From positions 1 to 35,033 of the forward strand of contig ML002384.1 of NCBI GenBank assembly GCA_003614675.1: a stretch of DNA of 35,033 nucleotides, in the 5' to 3' direction. The notes beneath the pieces are model-generated. The model saw only the letters and a program-made list of their open reading frames with translations, was not told where the DNA came from and ran no database searches. The stretch comes from Dimargaris cristalligena (taxonomy: Eukaryota). Below are positions 23,101 through 32,023 of the stretch, in pieces. The translations under genes and the position numbers were made by a program. Within the stretch, counting starts at the first letter, position 1. The number at the start of each line of letters is the position of its first letter.

Positions 23101-24845
23101 TTACTCGACGTCCGTCACTTGCCAAATCCGAATGACCCCATCATCCCCGGCCGAAGCCAGAATATCGGCATAATCGGGGGATGGATTCCATTGGACGCAG
23201 TTAATATCGCTAATCCCGTGGGCCGCCGTGATCCGGTCCTTAAGTCCAAACTCCAATTCGCCCTCGCCTTTCGATTTCTGTTGGTCCGTAAGGTCCAGTG
23301 GAATATACATTTGGCAGGGCAGTAGTAGTGGGGGGGGGGTATAGTTAGTACGGTGGGAGAGTACGTAAATTTCCCGGAATACCAGCGAGTGGAGGAGAAG
23401 GGAAATCCCGGGGACTATATCGCCTGGCAACAGGGCTAAGCTACGCCTAATAACCTAAAAAACGGATGCTTACCGGGGCAAAAATACAAATACTGTTATC
23501 GCCGGAAGAACTGGCCACTAAGCCATGGATTTTCGACCAGGATACGGAGTAGATACAACGCGTGTGGTGGTTGGCGAGGGTGGCGACGCACTTCCAAGTC
23601 GGATCCTGGCGGAAACGAAGGGTTGCACCGGTTGAGGTGAGCTCGTGGGGAGTCTCACAGCGCCAGAACTTCATGGTCTGGTCATCACTGACACTGACAA
23701 GATGGTCTCCGGCCGCATTAAAGTCCAGGGCCCATACGGTCGAAGTGTGACCCGATAACGTAGCCGAGCAGTACCAGTCGTCGTCGTCGTCACGCCAAAT
23801 GCGAATCGTATCGTCATAGCTGGCCGAGGCGAGAATATCTAGCGTAGGATGCCAGAGCACCATTTTGACATCTTGGGTATGTTCTTGCAGGATACTGACA
23901 CACTCGAAGTCACCATCGCCCAGAACTTCCCAGATCCAGACACTTTTGTCTCGACTGCAGGTAGCCAGCAGATTACCCGTGTGCGACCAAGCGACGCTCT
24001 TTACCTCGTTCTCATGGCCCTCCAAGGGGGCCACGCACTCGTAGCCGGGACGACTCGGGCTCGAATTATCGCCATCGTCATTGCCATCTTGGCCAGCGGC
24101 CCCACTCCACGTGCTACTACCACCGGTCAATGAAGTGGACGAGGTTGGGGGTGCGGGTGGACTGTTGGCATCAAGATTCATGGTCGATGTCACGGGACTG
24201 GAACTAATGAAGGAGGTCAGACTGCGGTTACGGGGCTCCCACATACCCGTAGTACCATCGAAACTGGCGGTGGCAATATCGTCACCGACCGGGGAGAAGG
24301 CTACACCACGTACCGTGCGCTTGTGCACTCCCTCCAGCACATCGAGGCAGTGCCAGACCAGCGGGTGGTCGACGGGGACGGGTTTGGTCTCGTCTACTTC
24401 GGTACTCGGAACCGGGAGGGGTTGGGGTAGGGCGCTGAGGCTGCGGGCCCCCAGGTTGTCGAGTTGCCAAATACGCACGGTGCGATCCCCACTGCAGCTG
24501 CAGAGAAACTGGCCCGAACGATGCCAACTGATTTGCCAAGTGCGGTCATGGTGGCCTGGGGGTATTGGGAATAGGGTTTGGGGTTTAAGAAGGTATTCAT
24601 GGCGTAGAGTAGGCATATTGTTAGTAACTGGGCTGGTTACAGACAACTGGGGCAAGGTGCAACGAGACAGTGGCACCATGCAGGCCCACCTTCATGCCAT
24701 TGGGGAAACATGGACCGGCTCCTTTGTAGATACGGCCATTAAGGGTTCCAAAGGGGTGACGCGAATCAGAAGCCAATTAGTACGCCTCGCCGAACTTATT
24801 ACACGCTATACCTTTCAGTTCGGCTAGTAATTTGATCTTGGCCAT
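23101..24845 (-). CDS. CIA1: Cytosolic Fe-S cluster assembly WD40 protein Cia1/CIAO1, about 430 aa, 3 exons
   Basis: Exons 24845-24812 (MAKIKLLAELKG), 24555-23474, 23277-23101 (TACTAAC branch upstream of the last). Hallmarks HKRTVRGVAFSP, LEGHENEVKSVAWS, LATCSRDKSVWIWE, EHTQDVKMVLWHP, ASASYDDTIRIW, DINCVQWNP, LASAGDDGVIRIW. Confidence 0.96.
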
Positions 24846-25320
24846 GTTGGTAATAGGGGGGAAATGGCGGCAGGAAGTGGAATTAAAAGGGAATAGGGAT
24901 GTGGATAGGTAATTGGGAAAATGGGCGTATATGGTACAATAGGCATTAGATGGTAGGTTGGTTAAGACTTAGCAATAGCAGCGCGACATATTAAAGCGCC
25001 TTGGAAAGAACAAGCACCGTTAGAACTCGGCGACCACTCAATCCCCGAAAGGTATAGCACCAGCCAGCTGCTCCATGTCCCACATCCCTCGTACTTAACC
25101 AGCCCTTATTGTTTCGCGAAGCCTTCCGGTAGTCGAGCATTGTATATCCCGTACAAGGCCATTTAACTGACCTAGTCGATCCTCCTATCCCCATTTACTT
25201 ATCGAGATTCCCCCTCCTCCGTCAGTTCCCGCGCTCCCCTATCCTATTCGCACTCTCCCTTGCCGACCCAAGTTAGAAAAGACAGGCAGTTCAGCCAACC
25301 CTTACCTAAACTGCTTAGCC

Positions 25321-27180
25321 ATGGCCTCCGCGTCAGTACCCAACAAGGCTGTTCCCGACGACTTTTTACTTCGTGCCGCCACGCGCTTAACCCTGTAAGT
25401 ATTACGGCCGAGAAATTTAGCTCTATAGCTTATCACAGTATAAGCCCTATGTCTCCCAGTTTGCGGCCAAGCCAATGAATGGCCCAAACACCTGACTATG
25501 CGAGGTATCAGATACCCATCTTACGGATACCATCGACTATACTTCCATTTCCCTCCCGACTATTGGCATGGTGGCTTACTAGACCTTCTGGATACTGTCT
25601 CTCACACTGTGCATCAGACCGTCGCAGGCCTTTTTCCAGGCTTATGTATATTACCACCGCTACCAGCGTACGCTGGCGACCACTAGCCAGCCACAGCCAA
25701 ACCCTGGGGGACTCCCAAATCAAGAGACCCGACCTCAGTCCATACTCTTGGACAACCACATGGTGATTCTGGGCTGCATTTTACTATCCGGTAAAGCGTG
25801 CGAAGAAGTGCGCCAGATCAAGGATATTATAAATGTGGGCCATCATATTATCAATCCCGACACTCCCTTTTTAAATGTAGGGACTGTTTTCCACCAGCTT
25901 CAGTCGACGCTCGAGACCATAGAGCTCTGCTTATTGCGCATTCTGCGGTTCGATATGACGACGGACTTGCCGTACCCGTGGATTCGTTACATTTGTGAAG
26001 GCCAGGTCGAAGCGTACCCGGAAGTACAGCAGCGAGGTAGGTTAGCAATGGTGGTGGTCAGACGTGGCAATTGTATTTGGCTATAGTCTATTTTTCTTGG
26101 GCTGGAGTGGAGTGAATGGGCTGCTCGCCGCACGAACACGATAACACAAATAGGATAGTCTGGACATGTATTTCGAGGGCATACCATACGATTGGAGCAA
26201 CTCGCGGGCCTAATTCATTTTCCGGTATTTTGCATGTAAATTGTCTCATTTCGGCCAACCGTCCCCCGCGATCTACACCATCGACAGTAACCATGAACCA
26301 TTTGATGCAATTGACATGGGCATTTGCGAATGACTGGTAAGTTTGACCTAGAGGAAGACCTTTGGCGCTATATAGAAGGGCTTACATATAGCGTGGTTGG
26401 GAAGGATATGAGGATATTCACCGGAGAAGCCCGGACTCGACAAAAATAATCGAAGAAGTACATAAATCGCGTGAAAATACTTTTCCCAAGTGATTGATAT
26501 ATAATTTACTTGTCGATTTAATATTACCTATACTTCCCCAACAGTGCACGAGAATCCTCGATTGTTTTGAACCATACTGGCCGGGCCATTGCAGCGGCCT
26601 GCACTGCTACAGCGATGCTAACCCTCAGAGTGCCAACCCCAGTCCTACTTGATAAGGTAAATAGTAGTATGCCTATATTCTGCGGACCACCCCCCCCCCA
26701 TACTCTGCCGTCTTTCCCTTTGGTTAACGCAGGTAGTTGTATTGTGCATAGGCACACATCGTTGGTGAATATTAACTGGATCGAGGAGTGCCTTTATGCC
26801 GTATAAACTAACTGTTGAATCTGTTTTAAATTTCTACGTCCATTGGCGTTGGCGTGCTTATGACTATACCACCGGTAGTGGTCGAAAGAATGGGGCCGCT
26901 GTAGCCCAGATGCTCTTCAAGGTAATTCAAGTGGTTATTTATATCGCTAGCAAAATAAGCCAATAGATGATATGGTGGAATGACAATAGATAGTGGTGGA
27001 CCGTTTTCTTTTTACAGATTTGTCCGAATTCACCCAGTTATAATTCTGATATATTTGATGACTGTGTGCCATAATGACATTGGCCATTACCGAAAAAATA
27101 TAGGCATTGTACAAAAACTGGAACAGCTGTATTCGCAACAGCTGTCCTTGGATACGGTTGAGCCCTTTAACTTTGATTGA
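25321..27180 (+). CDS. CCNQ: Transcription-type cyclin, most like cyclin Q (FAM58/cyclin M), about 257 aa, 6 exons
   Basis: Exons 25321-25394, 25618-26036, 26288-26336, 26545-26656, 26879-26921, 27104-27180. Cyclin box: AYVYYHRY..GCILLSGKACEEVRQIKDIINVGHHIINP..ELCLLRILRFDMTTDLPY; second fold WAFANDC..IAAAC. No RS tail as in cyclin L. Subfamily and last exon are less certain. Confidence 0.78.
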
Positions 27181-27396
27181 GGCATCACACGGCGACAGCC
27201 TGTTCAGAAGTGAATCAAAGGCATCGGCTAATTACGCAATAGGCATTGTATATGTATAAACAAAAATAAATACAAAATCATATGAAAGCAAGTGGGATAT
27301 TATTCACTACCGATTCAGACCTGGAGTGATAGTCACGAAGCAATCTAGCCCTATAAGCGTAAAATAGCATAAATGTGGGGTCGTTTTAGGTTGTAG

Positions 27397-28472
27397 CTAG
27401 TCGGTAGGCAAACGGCCTTCGGCATGCAGATTGGAGTATAAAGCCCAGGCGGCCAAAGCTTTAGCATCGGGAGTGGCCTTCCAAAGATCAGACAAGGGGC
27501 ATAATTTGAGGGAGATGTGCTCACCCTGATCGCGCAGGCCCGTTAGTTTACCGCGTAGAGCATCAATGTCGGCCTGGGGAAGTAGCTTGCGGCAGAGAAA
27601 AATACGCATAAACTCATCACAGCCACCGGGAGATAGATAGACACCAGTCGGGTGGGTCGAATCGGTGTTTGAGGGAGCCGGGAAGGCCAATTGGGTCATA
27701 TCAACCAATTCGTCGTCGCGAACCCGCAGGCCGGTCTCCTCGTAAAGCTCCTGGGCGGCCTTGCCCTGGAACTGGCCCTCGCCGTCTAACATACCGGCGG
27801 GAAGCTCGGTGAAGGCCAGGTCAGCAATGGCCAATCGGGGCTGCTGGGTGAGGACCACCCATTCCTGGGTAGAAGCGCCTGGCGGGGAGTCCTTGGCCTT
27901 GAGAATCAGCAGGATGCAGATAGAGCCACCGCGCTGGAAATCAAGAGGGCAATAAGTCAGGGGAATCGGGCGGGTTAGCTAACGAATTAGGGCTACGCAG
28001 CTCGCTTTAAGCAGGAATGTGACTAACCTTGGAAAATGAAGGCCCGGTAAGCTAGCGCAGGTTCTGTCTAGTGTATTCCGGAAAGCACCAATGTAAGGGA
28101 GCTTACCATAAAGACGATGCCGGGAGCCTTGGCCTTTGAGTTTTGAAACGAGGCCTCGACAGAGAATTTCACGAAGCCGATGCGGTTGTTGTGGAACTTG
28201 TCAATGGATTGGAGGGTAATACGGTGAACAACCAGGGGATCCGGGAGCACTTGCGGGTGGGCAACTTGGGTTTGGAGGCGGGCGACCCACTCGCGAAACG
28301 GTGGAAAGGCCAAAACGCCAGGAATGTCCAGGTCGGAGGACTGAGCAACCACTGGCACCACTCGCTCACCATCGGCGTGGCGAAGAGTAATGGAATTCAC
28401 ATGGGTTGACATTGGCCGCTTCAGTATTACGCAAGTAGAGGAGAGACGCGGAAACGATCTAGTAAGCCGCAT
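27397..28472 (-). CDS. Nudix hydrolase, plant NUDX14-like (putative ADP-sugar diphosphatase), about 300 aa (280 aa from second ATG at 28412), 2 exons
   Basis: Exons 28472-28107 and 27933-27397. QSIDKF..IGFVKF, PGIVFMRGGSICIL, Nudix box ELPAGMLDGEGQFQGKAAQELYEETGL, YLSPGGCDEFM, GKLTGLRDQGEHISLKL, DAKAL. Confidence 0.92.
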
Positions 28473-29070
28473 TGGTTTCAATCAAAAACACTTTTTAACC
28501 CAACCAGGCCAAATAGACGACGTTATTAGAAATAGAATTCAAACAGAATGTTGGGATGCCATTCCTTTGGTTTGGTTGTTGTTTTTTATTGAGAGAGGGG
28601 GTGCCACGCGGGTAGCGCGGCGGGAAAAATTGGGACTAGTCCCCTTGGATATGCCCACTCCACAGAAATCTTTAGTAAAAGGCGAAAGATTTATCTGAGA
28701 CTGAAGTGAACACAGGGATAAGTGCGGTTTCAATTGGAGGGCGGCGGAGGCACAATAAATAGACTCAGGACAGGTTGGGAGGACTGGATGGTAACTTGTG
28801 GGAAGAGGAGGTGTCAACTATTTGAGCGGGATAAGGGGGGAAAAGGATCACGCGTGCAGATCATTGGGGAGAGATTGAGTGTGTATAGAGAGAGAGGTGG
28901 TGGTAGGTTGCACTGTTAGAAGGGGGGGTTACACAGGGCAGGGGCAGGCCATTTCAACTACTCTTGTGTGTTTCAAATGAGACTGTAGAGTGTGGGTGGG
29001 AGGAGGAGCGACGACTACTAGTGAGGGTAGGTGATTCATATCCCCTCGCCTGCGGATTAATCGACTATTA

Positions 29071-29101
29071 TACACGCACACACACACACATACACATACA
29101 C
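29071..29101. repeat. Imperfect (CA)n microsatellite
   Basis: TACACGCACACACACACACATACACATACAC seen directly. Confidence 0.85.
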
Positions 29102-31022
29102 CTGTTTTCTTGCTGCTCTCCATGACCAACAATCCTTAGATAGGGCTGTACTTGGCCCAATCCCCCTCGTTCGCCAAATTACAGTTGTGGACATATCGGG
29201 GGGCGAATTTGGCCTGGTTAGCTTATCAACCTATCTACTTACTGTATGTGGGGGTTTGTTTAAGCGATATGCAACAGGCTATGAACGTAAGTCCACTCCT
29301 CCCATGTTCTTTCCAGTTCCGGTGATGGGTCTGTCAAAGGCCCTTTTCCTTCCCTTACCCCCCCGTCAAGGAAACATCATCATCTTAGAGGGTCTATTGT
29401 TCTTCTTCGGAAATCTCACGTTTATTAGGAGGGTTTATGAGCTACATACATCCATTTCCCACATCTGGCCATTTCATGCCTAGGTGATATCTCATTAACT
29501 GGAAGTTAGCGGGTTGTATAGCGGCTGTTGTACCTCCACGGGCTTTACCTAATTTTACACATACTTATGCGAGATATTAAGTAATGATGCATCGCAGAGG
29601 GTTGTTGGGTTGAGTAAGGTACACTCCCCCACATGTACCGAAGTTGCCCTTCGAGGCTATGGCGCCACGACCGGGTTTTCATTGAATCAAATAAAACGAT
29701 ATAAAATAGCATGATTGGTTAAAAAGAGGGTAGCCCCCTCCCGCCAAATACACACCATATACTCCATTCCTCTCTCTTCCTTCACTAGGGACTTCTCTGT
29801 ATTAAGTAGCGGCGATCGGCCAGTTCAACTTACCCAATCCGACACTACGGATTTTCTGGCGAATAACCGATGGACAATTAGTGGGTGACGAACGCCCCAC
29901 GGCTGGGCCTCTGGCGCCGATTGATTGGTAAATTACAGCCATTCAGCCGAACCTGTCCAGCCAGCTCTGTCAGCCGTAATCGCCCCATTATAGTAGTAGC
30001 AGTAAGTGCCCTTGGCCGGACTTAGACTGAATTGGAGCAGAGGAGGGGTTGTATTTCTTACCTGGCGCCTTTTCTACTATTCATCACCATCGCCAAGTCA
30101 AAATAAGGTGTGCATCCCCTTCCCTCTTATTTATCGCCGACTTGGCGTGTAGGAATAATGTGTGCAGGGATTTGTATGGCTTTGACAGCGACTAGAGAAG
30201 GGCGTAGTATATATATAATGTTTGCATCTCTATTTGGTTGGCGCCCCCATTTCTTGGACGCCAATCCAAGCCAGGAAATGCACTAATAGCAGCTTCGTTT
30301 CCGCTGACAAATCATTCTGGAAATATTGGTGTCTAGTTAATTTCCTGATACGCGCGGCGGTGGTATTTGGCCGTCGCCGTCCCGAAGAGCAAAACACTGG
30401 GCTACGTAATGTTAATGATAATACTGTGCGGGTGAAAAGTAGAGAAGTAAAATACAGTTAGGCAGGTAGAAGCCGCCCATTTGCACCCAACTATCACAGC
30501 CAAATATTCTCTTCCACCCAATTCCGGGGAGCAATAGATGGATGGCGGCGGTTAACTAAATAGGCCGTTGGGATTGATGACGAGGCATTTTTATTATTCC
30601 TTTCCTTATTTTCGGGTTAAGTTTTGGATTTTAACCGCTTTTCACCATTTTCGAATATTTTTAATATAATACGGTAGATTGTCTTTTCCAGTATCTTTTT
30701 ATATTTGATACACAGTTAGTTGGTGCAGCCCCATACCCCGGTTGCCCTGCATTCTATCACAGCAGCCCCCCCAGCACTATTTTCCCTGCAACAAGTTATC
30801 TACTTAGGAGGAGGCTATTATTATTTAGCTTGCCTCGCTCGGTGTTCTAATCAAGGTTTCATTTTTCCCCAGGTGGGCCACGTCAGCTTCGGCCCTGATT
30901 ACCACGGCCAAAACCTCGTAACGCCCACGCAGACTCACCCTAACCACCGCATATTGTTGTGTGTGTAGGGAGGAAATTCCCCCTCATTTACGCTTAGTGT
31001 TGCTTCCTGTCATTGCCGCTAA

Positions 31023-31095
31023 TAGTAGTAGTAGTAGTAGTAGTAGTAGTAGCAGTAGCAGTAGTAGTAGTAGTAGCAGTAGCAGTAGTAGTAGT
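31023..31095. repeat. (AGT)n/(AGC) trinucleotide microsatellite
   Basis: About 24 AGT units with four AGC interruptions; source of the spurious poly-Ser and poly-Val ORFs. Confidence 0.95.
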
Positions 31096-31626
31096 CTCCC
31101 CGCATATATCTTCTGCTCTTGCCCAAGCTACGTCCTTCGTCCGTCTACTTGCCCTTTCTTCCCCCATTTGTCTCTTTGTTAATTCTTTTGGTTCGTCCAG
31201 TGAAGGAAACGGCCTCTTTCTATTTCGTGCCAGTACCTCTTCTACCTCCCCGTCGATAAAGATACTTTTTAACAGGTTGTTTTCTTTTTGAAAAGGATTC
31301 CTTCCGTCTCGTCCATTGCTTAAGTAGTTCTTAAGCAGTAGATTTTACCTCTATCCGGTTCAACTGTGTACTGTACCACCTGGTCTCGTCGCCCAACCCG
31401 GGCCCTGGATTCTCTGTCCACTTTCGTGTCACACCAGTTCCCCGACCCCTCGGCCGAAGTTCCTACTGCCTGGAGCCGCGCATATACCCCATATCCCTGA
31501 ACACGGTGCCTGCGCGTGTTGTTGGCCTGGCCCATTCATTCCCTCGCTAATCCTTCCTGGTCTACCTATAGCCGGGGTTAATTACCCAGCAAGTACCCTT
31601 TTCTAAGCAGCAACCTATCCAGCAAG

Positions 31627-31879
31627 GTAATGCCCATTCATTGGCGTAGCTTCCTTCCAAGCTACATTCTTCAGGCGGACGCCACTTTTATTTCTTCGCT
31701 TTGTGCCACTGCTTACGTCCCTCCCTCTCTCTCTCACTCTCTCATATAGCTTCGTCAAAGTGACCTCGGTCTTGTTGCCCCTGGACCCCTCCACCTACTC
31801 GATTCCCATCCTTCGTGGTATCCGTTGATTGATTTCCAAAGCCCAACCTAACTCTTGACCTCTAACCCTGTATCTATAC

Positions 31880-31921
<42 letters not shown>

Positions 31922-31941
31922 ATCTATTGCCCCAAATACAG
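31627..31941 (+). other. Probable 5'-UTR intron of the P4-ATPase gene
   Basis: AAG|GTAATG donor at 31627, CTCTAAC branch at 31860-31866, CAG acceptor ending 31941, 82 nt before the ATG. Not confirmed by transcript data. Confidence 0.5.
31871..31927. repeat. (TATC)n / (GATA)n tetranucleotide microsatellite
   Basis: About 10 perfect TCTA units with degenerate flanks. Confidence 0.92.
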
Positions 31942-32023
31942 TCATAGATTGCCGCCGTTCTGGGTCTCTCTATACCTTGGCTTATTCACCCCCATCGCCC
32001 TTCTCTTCACACCGGCTCTACCC

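Noticed and set aside
24081..24827. 248-aa plus-strand ORF and many other antisense ORFs over ENT, RAX1, HPP, Nudix and the ATPase
   Set aside because: Shadow frames of GC3-biased genes on the opposite strand.
27307..27399. Nudix stop context TAG-CTA resembling the fungal readthrough motif
   Set aside because: The efficient motif is TGA-CTA, and the extension ends ...PGLNR*, which is not a PTS1.
20485..28472. Possible functional cluster around CIA1
   Set aside because: No neighbour ends in the [LIM]-[DES]-[WF] CIA-targeting tripeptide or shows Fe-S motifs; functions appear unrelated, and synteny data would be needed.
28619..28628. Perfect E2F-like site GGCGGGAAAA upstream of the Nudix gene
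   Set aside because: Single short site; a near-identical one occurs in an intron at about 899, so not distinguishable from background.
30961..31291. Poly-Ser and poly-Val ORFs
   Set aside because: Artefacts of the (AGT)n microsatellite with non-ATG starts.
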